Shown one piece after another: positions 32,780 through 42,127 of a stretch of 64,000 nucleotides of DNA (position 1 is the stretch's first letter; each line of letters starts with the position of its first letter). The stretch lies in assembly GCA_021850545.1 (NCBI GenBank), contig JAJZLU010000035.1:114557-178556 (forward strand), written 5' to 3'. Under the pieces are notes generated by a model. The model was given only the letters and a program-made list of their open reading frames with translations. It ran no database searches and was not told the origin of the DNA. A program made the translations under genes and the position numbers. The stretch is from Thermoplasmata archaeon. Lineage in GTDB: Archaea; Thermoplasmatota; Thermoplasmata; Thermoplasmatales; Thermoplasmataceae.

Positions 32780-32853
32780 CGGGCCCAGAGGGATTCGAAC
32801 CCTCGACCACCTGGTTAAAAGCCAGATGCTCTACCTAGCTGAGCTATGGGCCC
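32780..32853 (-). tRNA. tRNA-Lys (anticodon TTT)
   Basis: Reverse complement: GGGCCCATAGCTCAGCTAGGTAGAGCATCTGGCTTTTAACCAGGTGGTCGAGGGTTCGAATCCCTCTGGGCCCG. Folds as a canonical cloverleaf with anticodon loop CTTTTAA. Confidence 0.9.
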
Positions 32854-33009
32854 AGAGCGCAACGTTGCGTCCTCACATATCACCACAGATTATAAATATT
32901 CTTGGAATCATAATCACCACAAACTTTAGCCATAAAACTTGGCTTCTTTAATGAGAAGAGAACATTCCATAAAATAGGGAATTTAAAAAAATAAAAATTT
33001 TTAATGTGC

Positions 33010-34449
33010 CTAATCCCTTCTTCTTCCGATAACAAAAGCAGCTAGAATTGGCAATATTATCCATATAACTCCGATCACTGCAAGAGAGACCTGAGTTATG
33101 CCAAAGGAGGCTGCGTTCACTGTAGAGCCGAACGCGTTAATCTGGCCTATGTAGAATACAACAAGTGAAGGATAACCCGCTGGTATCAGCGCGTTGAGTA
33201 TTATGGTGTAGTGAGTGTAGATATTAGTTCCAGATATCAGGTGCAATGCCTCCGTCAGGATAAGGGGGAGGACTATGATGGACCACAATATTCCAAACAC
33301 TATTGATAGGGCCAGGACTACCCCCAGTATCGCTCCCTGTGTCTTGAGGAACTGTGACGCCAGATATATCAGGCCAGTAAATGCCGCAATCTCAACAAAA
33401 TATGTCCATATGAGGCTGCCGAAATAAGGCAGAGACATATAATATCCTGTGGCACGATTGAGGAATATTTCGAATATTGCTACGCCAATTGCAAAAGCAA
33501 CTATCATGCTTCCAACATTTGCTGTATACCTTGAGAGGATGATCCTTCCTTTGGTCACAGGCCGCGTGATAACAGATTCCAGAACTGCATTTGCCCTGTC
33601 CTTCCCGAAGTAGAAGTAAGCAGACAGGGAGGCAAGTATTGGTATGATCAAACCATATATCTCAGCAAATGCGTCAAAAGATACAAGGGCAATTCCTATC
33701 TTAGTAAGTGCTGATGTTGGAGAATACTGTGCCTCTGATGAGGCGAATGTTGCATTTTTAGCGTAGAATACAGCTACTGCAACCTGTTGGGCAGCACCCA
33801 TATTTGCCGGGTTGATGTCGAAGACCTGGACGCCAACTCCCTTAGTGGTCAATGTAGCATAATATGTCATATTGCTGGGAACTAATGGCCCCTGATTGCC
33901 AGTTACGTTGACTACTTTGTAGTAAAGATAAGCAGACTGGGCCTGTGAAACATTGGAAGTCGAATAGTAAACCATTATCTCCCGCGAGTTTGTGGTTCCG
34001 GGCTTTTTAATAATATTAATGTTTACATACAGTTCGTTCGACTGTTTTTGGCTTAATACCATTGGCTGTACATCAAGATGATTGGTGGAATTGAATGGGG
34101 ATAACGAATAGTTCAGCAGTTCGAAAGAGCTGTCGCTATTAATTTTTAGGTTCAGGAATCCGTTTGGCTGCGTGTTGTTGGTCCAGAAAGTGCCATTGTG
34201 TTCTGTGTAAATAGGGAGTGTTCCTGCTGGAGTCCCATACTGGTTAAATGCGTAGAACGTGACATTGTAGGTGCCGTTAGAGTAAGTATAGCTGTTATCA
34301 ATTAAAGCACTTGGCCCGGCACTGGATGTGCTTGTTGCTGACGTGAAGAGAAACCCGATTCCTACCGCGATCAGGATGACAATGATTATTGAAATTATAG
34401 TGAATTTTCCTGTAAATGTTCGCCTCAGGTCGTAAAGAAAATCTCTCAC
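33010..34449 (-). CDS. ABC-2 family permease with a large extracytoplasmic domain rich in N-glycosylation sequons
   Basis: N-terminal TM, then about 230 aa of soluble domain with at least 10 N-x-S/T sequons, then about 6 TM segments. Overlaps the upstream ATPase gene by 4 nt. Confidence 0.7.
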   Translation of the reverse strand: MRDFLYDLRRTFTGKFTIISIIIVILIAVGIGFLFTSATSTSSAGPSALIDNSYTYSNGTYNVTFYAFNQYGTPAGTLPIYTEHNGTFWTNNTQPNGFLNLKINSDSSFELLNYSLSPFNSTNHLDVQPMVLSQKQSNELYVNINIIKKPGTTNSREIMVYYSTSNVSQAQSAYLYYKVVNVTGNQGPLVPSNMTYYATLTTKGVGVQVFDINPANMGAAQQVAVAVFYAKNATFASSEAQYSPTSALTKIGIALVSFDAFAEIYGLIIPILASLSAYFYFGKDRANAVLESVITRPVTKGRIILSRYTANVGSMIVAFAIGVAIFEIFLNRATGYYMSLPYFGSLIWTYFVEIAAFTGLIYLASQFLKTQGAILGVVLALSIVFGILWSIIVLPLILTEALHLISGTNIYTHYTIILNALIPAGYPSLVVFYIGQINAFGSTVNAASFGITQVSLAVIGVIWIILPILAAFVIGRRRD

Positions 34450-35366
34450 TGTCCCCCACCCCCTACCAGGCCAAGGAAATATTCTTCGAGATTCTCGCCT
34501 GAAACTTCAAACTGAGAAACATCATAATCATTCTTGGCAAGTTCATTGTTGATTTTTCTGGCTTCTGTTGAACTGATGGTAAGATCTTTGACTATCAGCA
34601 AGTTCCCGTTAGTCTCGACCTTTCCGTATTTTTCAAGAATATCCATTGCTCCTTTGTCCATGTTTTCAATCCTGACTTTAACAACGGTTGAACCAAGGCT
34701 TGATAGCTCATTCCTCTCTACTATCTTAATAAGCTCCCCCTTCTTGATTATTGCAATTCTGTCTGCTACATTCTCGAGTTCGGAGAGAATGTGCGAGGAA
34801 AGGAAGACGCATTTGCCGTCTTTCTTGAGTTTGACCATGAAATCCCTCATGTTCCTGACTCCTTCTGGGTCTAGGCCATTTAGCGTCTCATCAAAAAGAA
34901 AATTCTGAGGGTCTCCGATCAAAGCTGCGGCTATTGAGAATCTCTTCTTCATCCCCTGTGAGTATTCCTTCAACTTCCTGTTTCTGGCTTCCCAGATATT
35001 GAACTGCTTCAGTAGGGATTCTATCTTGTCTTCAATTTCTGGGCCCCTCAGTCCATAGAAACCTGCATAATATTTCAGCAAAGGGATTGGCTTGGAATTT
35101 GGTTCAAAGTTTGGCAGCTCTGGCACCCAACCGATATTCTTTGATGCTTCGATCTTGTTCTTCACAATATCCTTGCCATTGACAACCACGTGGCCACTGC
35201 TTGGAAAGATTATTCCAGAAATAAGCCTGATTGTGGTGGACTTGCCTGCCCCATTCAGGCCAGCAAAACCTAGTATTTCGCCGTCGTTTATTTCAAGGTT
35301 TAGCTTGTTAACAGCCGGCTTTTGGGTTCTGCCATAGATCTTGGTCAGATCCCTTATTTCAATCAT
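34446..35366 (-). CDS. ABC transporter ATP-binding protein
   Basis: GLNGAGKST Walker A, YSQGMKKRF signature, FLFDETLNGLD Walker B. Probable start is MIEIRDL (35366); the track start is 35390. Confidence 0.9.
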   Translation of the reverse strand: MIEIRDLTKIYGRTQKPAVNKLNLEINDGEILGFAGLNGAGKSTTIRLISGIIFPSSGHVVVNGKDIVKNKIEASKNIGWVPELPNFEPNSKPIPLLKYYAGFYGLRGPEIEDKIESLLKQFNIWEARNRKLKEYSQGMKKRFSIAAALIGDPQNFLFDETLNGLDPEGVRNMRDFMVKLKKDGKCVFLSSHILSELENVADRIAIIKKGELIKIVERNELSSLGSTVVKVRIENMDKGAMDILEKYGKVETNGNLLIVKDLTISSTEARKINNELAKNDYDVSQFEVSGENLEEYFLGLVGGGGQ

Positions 35367-35490
35367 AAGGGCGGAAAGCCAATGGTGCAATATAAGTATT
35401 TGTTTATTTAATGCGTAAGATATAAAAAAATATCCACCTAATATTAAGCATGAGGCACCATTTTATTATCCGCAGAGTCATTATCACTTT

Positions 35491-36354
35491 GTGCCAGAAA
35501 TCATCATACCTATGATTACTCCATTCCATGGGGACGAGATAGACCATAAAGTGCTCATAGGGTTCATTGAATATGCAAAGGAAAACCGTTTTGATGGCCT
35601 TTTCCCGGGAGGTTCCACGGGCGGTTTTGCATCCATCTCCCAGAGGAAGCATGCTGATTTCCTGAGGGAAGTGATTGAGGAGTCCACTGGTTTGAAGCTA
35701 TTTGCTGGAATATGCAGAAACAATATAGAAGAAACCATTGAAATGGGAAAAGAGGCGATTGACCTGGGATACACAAACATGGTCTGCATTAATCCTTTTT
35801 ACCACAAATACAGCGAAGCTTCTGTGGAGAATTTCTTTGACAGGGTTATTTCTGCGCTCGATTCGGACATGTACATTTACAACAACCCTTCCCTGAGCGG
35901 ATTCAGGTTGAGCCCTGAATTAGTGGGAAGGCTTAAGGACAAGCATCCGCAGGTTGTTGGGATGAAAGATAGCGGCAATGACATGGAAGCTTTTTCGAGA
36001 TTTCTAAAGATCAGGGGGCTCAAAGTGTACCAGGGAAAGGATGCATACATCCATGAATCCATTGGACAGGGTGCCGCAGGAGGAGTATGTTCAACCGCAA
36101 ATTTCGCCCTGAATACACTGCTTCTCGCCAAGAACAAGGCTGATATTGAATCCACCAAAGCAAAGACAAAGAAACTGGTGGACCTGGTATCACACTACGA
36201 GGTGCCTGCAATACACAACTATCTCTTCAGGAAATTCATCCTCAACGAGATGGAGCCGCAAAATTATGTGAACAGCCCATTTGTCGACCTTAAGGAAGTT
36301 CCAGAGCTTATGGCACTCAGAGAGAACACTATACTGCCTGTCGATACCCGGTAA
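35491..36354 (+). CDS. DapA/N-acetylneuraminate lyase family class I aldolase (possibly KDG aldolase)
   Basis: GLFPGGSTGGF and VGMKDSGND (Schiff-base Lys context). 287 aa. Substrate cannot be assigned by eye. Confidence 0.7.
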   Translation: MPEIIIPMITPFHGDEIDHKVLIGFIEYAKENRFDGLFPGGSTGGFASISQRKHADFLREVIEESTGLKLFAGICRNNIEETIEMGKEAIDLGYTNMVCINPFYHKYSEASVENFFDRVISALDSDMYIYNNPSLSGFRLSPELVGRLKDKHPQVVGMKDSGNDMEAFSRFLKIRGLKVYQGKDAYIHESIGQGAAGGVCSTANFALNTLLLAKNKADIESTKAKTKKLVDLVSHYEVPAIHNYLFRKFILNEMEPQNYVNSPFVDLKEVPELMALRENTILPVDTR

Positions 36355-36385
36355 TTCATATATTTAAAGAACGTATAACCTCCCA

Positions 36386-37408
36386 ATGAAGGTTAACATA
36401 GACGGCGATGTAAGGCATCTGTTCGCTGTTTGGTATGAAGACAGCAAAGTCAAGCTCATTGACCAGAGGAAACTTCCAGAGAAAATAGAGGTATTTGAGG
36501 CATCAACCTCTGATGATATTGCTTACGCGATCAAGGACATGGTTGTGAGAGGAGCCCCGGCCATTGGGGTTACTGCTGCATATGGGCTTGCAATGGCCAA
36601 GCTCAAGGGTGAAGACATGGCCAAGGTTGTTGAGAAAATCAGCAAGACCAGGCCAACAGCATTTGACCTTTTCAAGGCGATTGCCTATATGAAGGCAAAC
36701 AACTTTGACATGAGCGCTGCAACCCGCTACTCAAACGAGATCAGCGGAAGAAGCAAGAAAATCGGGGAATATGGGAACAGCCTCATAGGCAATAATTCAA
36801 GGATACTCACCCATTGCAACGCCGGCGCACTTGCGGTAGTGGACTGGGGAACAGCCCTTGCCCCCATGCGATTTGCAAAGGCTGAGGGAAAGAATATTTT
36901 TGTATTTGTGGATGAAACGAGGCCGAGGCTCCAGGGAGCAAAGTTAACAGCCTGGGAGCTGGGACAGGAAGGCATTGAACATGCCATCATCGCGGACAAC
37001 GCAGCCGGGCACTTCATGAGAAAGAAGGAAGTGGACCTCTGCATCGTTGGGGCCGACAGGATCACCGCCAATGGTGATTTTGCAAACAAAATAGGCACAT
37101 ACGAAAAAGCTGTGGTGGCAAAGGAAAATGGAATTCCATTCTATGTCGCCGCACCGGGAAGCACCTTTGATTTCAGCATTTCTACAGGTGAAGGAATACC
37201 AATAGAGGAAAGGCCGGAGGAAGAGGTCCTCGTCGTGAACGGAAAGTATCTTGGCCCGGAATCAAGCCACGCTAGGAATCCGGCCTTTGATGTCACGCCT
37301 GCAAAATATGTTTCTGCTTTCATAACAGAATATGGAATATTCAAGCCCAATGAACTTTCAAAGCTCCGCAGTGCCATGGAGAAGGATCTCTTCATGAAGA
37401 CGCCATAG
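36386..37408 (+). CDS. eIF-2B alpha/beta/delta family isomerase (MtnA-like 5-methylthioribose-1-phosphate isomerase / aIF-2BI)
   Basis: LIDQRKLPEKIEVFE N-terminus, RGAPAIGV, GADRITANGD motifs. 340 aa. Confidence 0.8.
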   Translation: MKVNIDGDVRHLFAVWYEDSKVKLIDQRKLPEKIEVFEASTSDDIAYAIKDMVVRGAPAIGVTAAYGLAMAKLKGEDMAKVVEKISKTRPTAFDLFKAIAYMKANNFDMSAATRYSNEISGRSKKIGEYGNSLIGNNSRILTHCNAGALAVVDWGTALAPMRFAKAEGKNIFVFVDETRPRLQGAKLTAWELGQEGIEHAIIADNAAGHFMRKKEVDLCIVGADRITANGDFANKIGTYEKAVVAKENGIPFYVAAPGSTFDFSISTGEGIPIEERPEEEVLVVNGKYLGPESSHARNPAFDVTPAKYVSAFITEYGIFKPNELSKLRSAMEKDLFMKTP

Positions 37409-37431
37409 TTGCCATTCAAGGAGAAGACATA

Positions 37432-38577
37432 TTGACAGATAAAGCAGAAGTAACGCCCTGGGAAGTCTCAAGCGACCTGCAGGAAACCGATTACAGCAGG
37501 ATAGCCAGCCAGTTCGGGGCAAAGCTGATTGATGACAAGATCCTGTCAGACATAAAGGAATTGACCGGGGAAATACACCCTTTTCTCCATTACGGCATTT
37601 TCTTTGCCCACAGGGACCTCGACATAATACTTGAAAACTACCGGAAAGGGGAGCCTTTCTACCTTTACACCGGGCGTGGGCCATCCGGAAACATGCATCT
37701 TGGTCACCTCCTGCCATTCATGTTTACCAAGTGGCTCCAGGAGAAGTTCAACGTTGACCTGCTCATACAGATTACAGACGATGAAAAATATCTCTTCAGG
37801 GATATCCCTGAGAGCGAAATTCGCACCATAACAAGAAACAACATCCTTGATATCCTGAGCCTCGGATTTAATCCGGAAAAAACCCACATCATAGTGGACT
37901 CGGAGCAGGCAGGGATCCTTTATAACCAGGCTGTGCGGGTCTCACGGCACATTACAGCCTCTACAGCTAAGGCAGTCTTTGGCTTTACAGACAGCGACAG
38001 CATTGGAAAATATTTCTTTACCAGCATACAGGCTGTTCCTGCCTTTCTTTTGTCAGCCTTATCCGGAAGGAATATCCGATGCCTTATTCCTTACGCAATT
38101 GACCAGGATCCCCACTTCAAGGTTGCAAGGGACGTGATTCCTAAACTGGGATATGAAAAGCCATCATCCATAATTTCTAAGTTCATCCCTTCACTCAAAG
38201 GGGGAGGCAAGATGTCATCCTCTGACCTTAACAGTGGAATATACCTGGATGACAGCCCAAAGGTCGTCAGGAAGAAATTGATGAAGTATGCCTTCTCAGG
38301 GGGAAAGGAAACCGCAGAAGAGCAGAGGAAATACGGGGCCAATCCGGACATAGACTTTGCATTCAATATCTACCGCATGCTGGAACATGACCAGAATAAG
38401 GTTGAAGGCATTTACGCGAAGTACAAAGGCGGAGAGATCCTCAGCGGAGAGATGAAGCAGCTTTCTGCAGATACCATCAGTGCTTTCCTTGAGACCTTGG
38501 GGCCTGCGAGGCAGCAGGCAGAGCGGAACTACTCTGAATACATGTTCAATGCAGACGATTTCAGGGACAGGTACTGA
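37432..38577 (+). CDS. trpS: Tryptophan--tRNA ligase
   Basis: GRGPSGNMHLGHLLPF (HIGH) and KMSSS motifs. 381 aa. TTG start. Confidence 0.9.
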   Translation: MTDKAEVTPWEVSSDLQETDYSRIASQFGAKLIDDKILSDIKELTGEIHPFLHYGIFFAHRDLDIILENYRKGEPFYLYTGRGPSGNMHLGHLLPFMFTKWLQEKFNVDLLIQITDDEKYLFRDIPESEIRTITRNNILDILSLGFNPEKTHIIVDSEQAGILYNQAVRVSRHITASTAKAVFGFTDSDSIGKYFFTSIQAVPAFLLSALSGRNIRCLIPYAIDQDPHFKVARDVIPKLGYEKPSSIISKFIPSLKGGGKMSSSDLNSGIYLDDSPKVVRKKLMKYAFSGGKETAEEQRKYGANPDIDFAFNIYRMLEHDQNKVEGIYAKYKGGEILSGEMKQLSADTISAFLETLGPARQQAERNYSEYMFNADDFRDRY

Positions 38578-38588
38578 GTTTTTTTATT

Positions 38589-39761
38589 TCAAGGGCTTGC
38601 AATTTCCGAGATCTGTTCCGCAATTCCCGCTTTTTTCCGGAATGCACCCATGAACACAAAGACACTGATGAATCCCCAAAAAGTGGTAAGTGCCCAGAGC
38701 TCATAGGAATTGCTGGTGAGGCTAAGAACCGCACCTCCAATCAACGGCCCGACGGCCCTTCCAGCCGATATGAAGGCATTGTATGTCCCCATATTCCTAC
38801 CTATATTCTCTGGCTTGGATACCATAGAAACCATAGCATAGCCTGCTGGAAATGCAAAATTCTCTCCGAGAGTCAGGATCACAGTTGCAAGGATGAAACC
38901 CTGAAGAGTTGAGAAAAATGCGTAGGAGAAGAAGCCAAAAGTGTATAACAATCCCCCAATTACAAAGGAAAAGTAGTTGCCAATTTTTCTGGATGCCTTG
39001 TATATGAACCCCTGAGTTCCTATGACCACTATGCCATTCGTGAGGTAGATGATCCCAAGTTCATTGAAGTTGAGCCCCCTGAGAATGTTTGCGTAATTTG
39101 TTAGTGTAATTGTTTCCTGCGCCTGAACTATGAAGAGAAGCAGGGCAACAAAGGAAAGCACAAGAAGAAGCCTGTTTCCCGCATATAACTGAATTGCCCT
39201 TGGGCCACTGGCCTTCACTTCGCTCAGGGTGAAGGAAAGCACAAAGCCAAATGCTGTGGTCACAAGCCCAAACAGGAACAGGTAATAGAAACTCCCACTA
39301 TATATGAGAAATCCACCCAGTGCTGGCCCTATGCCCCAACCGATATTGTTTCCAATTCTGAGAATTGAAAATCCGCGGAGCTTCACACTGCTGGATTCAG
39401 AGACGATAGCATTTGCAGCAGGAGCCTGTGCAGCATTTGCAATCATTAGCCCCATGAAGACTGGGGGGTAGTAGAGGGAGGAATTCCTGACCTCAGGGCT
39501 TGCAACCAGCACTGCAAAGAGCATAACACACAAGCCCACGGATAGGATTATGAAACGCTTGTAGCCAAATTTGTCCGCAAGTATGCCTGCATAGATTTGT
39601 ACAGCCGCAGCAATGGCACTCCCCAGTGTTATGATCACCCCGTCCTGAAAGATGGAGAGCCCCAGGTTCGTTCTTAGGTAGATTGCGCTGTAAATCCAGA
39701 TGGAAGAATAACCCAGGCCGCGGAGGGTTGACAGAAAAGTGACGGTACCTACGTTTTTCAA
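38589..39761 (-). CDS. MFS transporter
   Basis: 390 aa with about 12 hydrophobic segments in a 6+6 layout. Confidence 0.75.
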   Translation of the reverse strand: MKNVGTVTFLSTLRGLGYSSIWIYSAIYLRTNLGLSIFQDGVIITLGSAIAAAVQIYAGILADKFGYKRFIILSVGLCVMLFAVLVASPEVRNSSLYYPPVFMGLMIANAAQAPAANAIVSESSSVKLRGFSILRIGNNIGWGIGPALGGFLIYSGSFYYLFLFGLVTTAFGFVLSFTLSEVKASGPRAIQLYAGNRLLLVLSFVALLLFIVQAQETITLTNYANILRGLNFNELGIIYLTNGIVVIGTQGFIYKASRKIGNYFSFVIGGLLYTFGFFSYAFFSTLQGFILATVILTLGENFAFPAGYAMVSMVSKPENIGRNMGTYNAFISAGRAVGPLIGGAVLSLTSNSYELWALTTFWGFISVFVFMGAFRKKAGIAEQISEIASP

Positions 39762-39853
39762 GGCAGCCTGTGGAAATTGTCCGGATTTATTTAAAACGTG
39801 GGAGTTTTCAAACTTTAAAAATTGGAATTAAGAAGAAAAAGTGAATTGAAAAT

Positions 39854-39972
39854 GTGACAGCGAATCACATTTCCCGTCCCCTCGCGGAAGACAGTACGCG
39901 TGTGAAACGTGGCAGGCTTTACCGTCGGGTTCGGAATGAGACCGGGTGTGACCCTGCCACTGTGGCCGTCAC
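39854..39972 (-). rRNA. rrf: 5S ribosomal RNA (stand-alone gene)
   Basis: Minus strand reads GTGACGGCCACAGTGGCAGGGTCACACCCGGTCTCATTCCGAACCCGACGGTAAAGCCTGCCACG...CCGCGAGGGGACGGGAAATGTGATTCGCTGTCAC. It has the conserved CCGAAC loop-B/helix-III block and a GCGAGGGG..GGGAA loop-E-like block. The terminal helix pairs GUGACGGC with GCUGUCAC. It is followed by ATTTT. Ends are +/- 3 nt. Confidence 0.9.
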
Positions 39973-39992
39973 GGACACTAAATGGAAGGGGC

Positions 39993-40000
39993 GTATAAAA
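39993..40000 (-). promoter_or_regulatory. TATA-box-like element for the 5S rRNA gene
   Basis: TTTTATAC on the minus strand, about 25 nt upstream of the inferred 5S 5' end. Confidence 0.5.
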
Positions 40001-40002
40001 TG

Positions 40003-40023
40003 GTTTCTCATGGAGTTTCTCAT
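40003..40023 (+). repeat. Direct repeat GTTTCTCAT-GGA-GTTTCTCAT
   Basis: Read directly. Lies between the divergent 5S and otsA TATA-like elements. Confidence 0.6.
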
Positions 40024-40034
40024 TTTGGCATGCC

Positions 40035-40042
40035 TATTTAAG
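40035..40042 (+). promoter_or_regulatory. TATA-box-like element for otsA
   Basis: TATTTAAG centred about 27 nt upstream of the otsA ATG (40066). Confidence 0.45.
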
Positions 40043-40065
40043 TATTAGAAACCCTATGTTATATC

Positions 40066-41433
40066 ATGAGCTACCTTATAGTCACGAGCAGGTGCCCCAT
40101 ATCCCATGAAAAAACTGGGGGCAATGAAACCGTGAAGAAGAATGTAGGAGGGGTAGCAACTGCCTTAAGCAGAGCGATGAAGCAGGAAGGCGGAACCTGG
40201 GTATGCTGGGGGGACGGAAACCTTGACCACAAGTATCCCGAGGAAAACTACGACGGCTACAAGATTGTGAGGGTCTTTATGACCAGCAGGGAAAGAAGGG
40301 GATTCTATGACGATTATGCGAATGGCACCCTATGGCCCCTTTTCCACTACTTCAGAGATAGGATGAAACTCATCAGCACAGGAATATCACATTACAGGCA
40401 GATAAACGGTAAGTTTGCGGACACCATTGCAAATCATGCGAAACCCGGGCAGAAAATCTGGGTGCATGATTATCAGCTTGCCCTGCTGCCTAAAATGATC
40501 AGGGAGAGAGGGCTGGAAAATTTCACAATCCTGACATGGCACATACCGTGGGTGGCTAGCGAATTTTACTCCACACTTCCTGAGGCAAAAGAAATGATAG
40601 AAGGCATAGCCGCTGCTGACATGATAACTTTCCACACAGATCTTTACAAGAAGAATTTCATAGAGTCATGCCAGAGCTTACTTGGAAGGGCTGCGGATAT
40701 TGAAGGTAAAATCTTCTCCTTCTCACTTGGAATCGATTCTGCCTTTTACTCTTCAAATCCTGCCAACAGGCAGAATATAGAGCTGAAAAACAACAGGAAA
40801 CTGATACTGAGCCTTGACCGGCTTGATTATACCAAGGGCCTGGTAAACAGGGCACTTGCGATTGAAAACCTTATCAGGAAATATCCCAAGGATGCGCGGA
40901 GATTCACCTACGTAATGATTGTGACTCCAAGCAGGACCTCTGTTTCCGAATACATTAACATGAAGAAAGACCTGGAAATGACTGTGGGGAGAATCAACGG
41001 GACTTATTCTGACCTGAGCTGGAGGCCGATAATCTACATGTATCGGAGGGTCACTGACAGGCAGCTCATGAATTATTACAGGTCTGCGGATATTGCCCTG
41101 ATCACCCCCCTCATCGATGGGCTTAATTTGGTAAGCAAGGAGTTTGTTGCTGCCACAAAATCAGGTATCCTGATACTCTCAAGATTTGCCGGGGCTGCAT
41201 ACTCCCTCAGTTCTGCCCTGAAAGTTAATCCAAATGACTTGAATGAAGTGGCAGACAGGCTGCACGATGCTCTGAACATGCCGGAAAGCGAGATAGAATC
41301 CAGGCTTGAAAGCATGAAGGAGAATGTGATGAAACGCGACATCAACTGGTGGCTCTCAGAGATTTCAGCAACCGCAGACACACTAGAAGGGCTAGCACAT
41401 GAGAGAAGGGAAAGTATCAGCAATCCTCAATGA
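40066..41433 (+). CDS. otsA: Trehalose-6-phosphate synthase (GT20 family)
   Basis: NGTLWPLFHY and VHDYQLALLP motifs. 455 aa. Confidence 0.9.
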   Translation: MSYLIVTSRCPISHEKTGGNETVKKNVGGVATALSRAMKQEGGTWVCWGDGNLDHKYPEENYDGYKIVRVFMTSRERRGFYDDYANGTLWPLFHYFRDRMKLISTGISHYRQINGKFADTIANHAKPGQKIWVHDYQLALLPKMIRERGLENFTILTWHIPWVASEFYSTLPEAKEMIEGIAAADMITFHTDLYKKNFIESCQSLLGRAADIEGKIFSFSLGIDSAFYSSNPANRQNIELKNNRKLILSLDRLDYTKGLVNRALAIENLIRKYPKDARRFTYVMIVTPSRTSVSEYINMKKDLEMTVGRINGTYSDLSWRPIIYMYRRVTDRQLMNYYRSADIALITPLIDGLNLVSKEFVAATKSGILILSRFAGAAYSLSSALKVNPNDLNEVADRLHDALNMPESEIESRLESMKENVMKRDINWWLSEISATADTLEGLAHERRESISNPQ

Positions 41434-42127
41434 ATTCAGCACAATCCGTGACAGCAACCCAGTCATTTTCCTTGATTATGACGGAACTCTGGTGCCAATT
41501 ATCAAGAACCCTGATGAATCATTTCCTGACGATGAAATCATGGGGATCCTTAAGACCCTGAGGAAAAAGTACGACCTTTATATTGTTACGGGTAGGTCGC
41601 TTCGGGAGATCAGGGAATTCATAGGGGGTTCGTTCAACGTGCTTGCGCTACATGGGGCCATAATCTCCCTTGAGGATGGGACAACAAACTTTGTCAGGGA
41701 TTATGGAAAATACAGGAAAAAATGTGATGATATTTATGGCAGTAAAAATGAGTTTGAGGCAAAGTACCCTGGAATCCAGATTATAAACAAGGATGGGGGG
41801 CTTGTGTTCACAAAATGGTTTGTCCCGGAGAAACTCCATGAAAAGCTCGTGGAAGAGGTAAGATCAATATCCGCAGCCAATAACATGGAATTGTACCTTG
41901 GCAAAATGATCGTTGAATTGCGGATCCCGGGACCTGATAAGGGAAAAGCCATATATGGAATTAGAAACGGCAGGCCTTCACTCATTGTTGGAGATGACCT
42001 AACCGATGAAGACGCATTCAGGGAAAACGCTGATGCCCTGACCATACATATTGGAAATGGCGAAACAGCTGCCCATTATAGCCTTAGCAACTATCTTGAA
42101 CTCAGGCAGCTCCTGGCAGAACTATAG
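41399..42127 (+). CDS. otsB: Trehalose-6-phosphate phosphatase (HAD superfamily)
   Basis: IFLDYDGTLVP HAD motif I and GDDLTDEDAF motif. Overlaps otsA by 35 nt. Confidence 0.8.
   Translation: MREGKVSAILNEFSTIRDSNPVIFLDYDGTLVPIIKNPDESFPDDEIMGILKTLRKKYDLYIVTGRSLREIREFIGGSFNVLALHGAIISLEDGTTNFVRDYGKYRKKCDDIYGSKNEFEAKYPGIQIINKDGGLVFTKWFVPEKLHEKLVEEVRSISAANNMELYLGKMIVELRIPGPDKGKAIYGIRNGRPSLIVGDDLTDEDAFRENADALTIHIGNGETAAHYSLSNYLELRQLLAEL

Noticed and set aside
39854-40048. 64-aa ORF on the plus strand, plus my first idea of a TPP-type riboswitch upstream of the MFS transporter.
   Set aside because: The GC-rich segment is a complete 5S rRNA on the minus strand, so the ORF is an antisense artefact. 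No TPP motifs (CUGAGA or ACCUGAUCUGGAUAAUGCCAGCG-like) are present.
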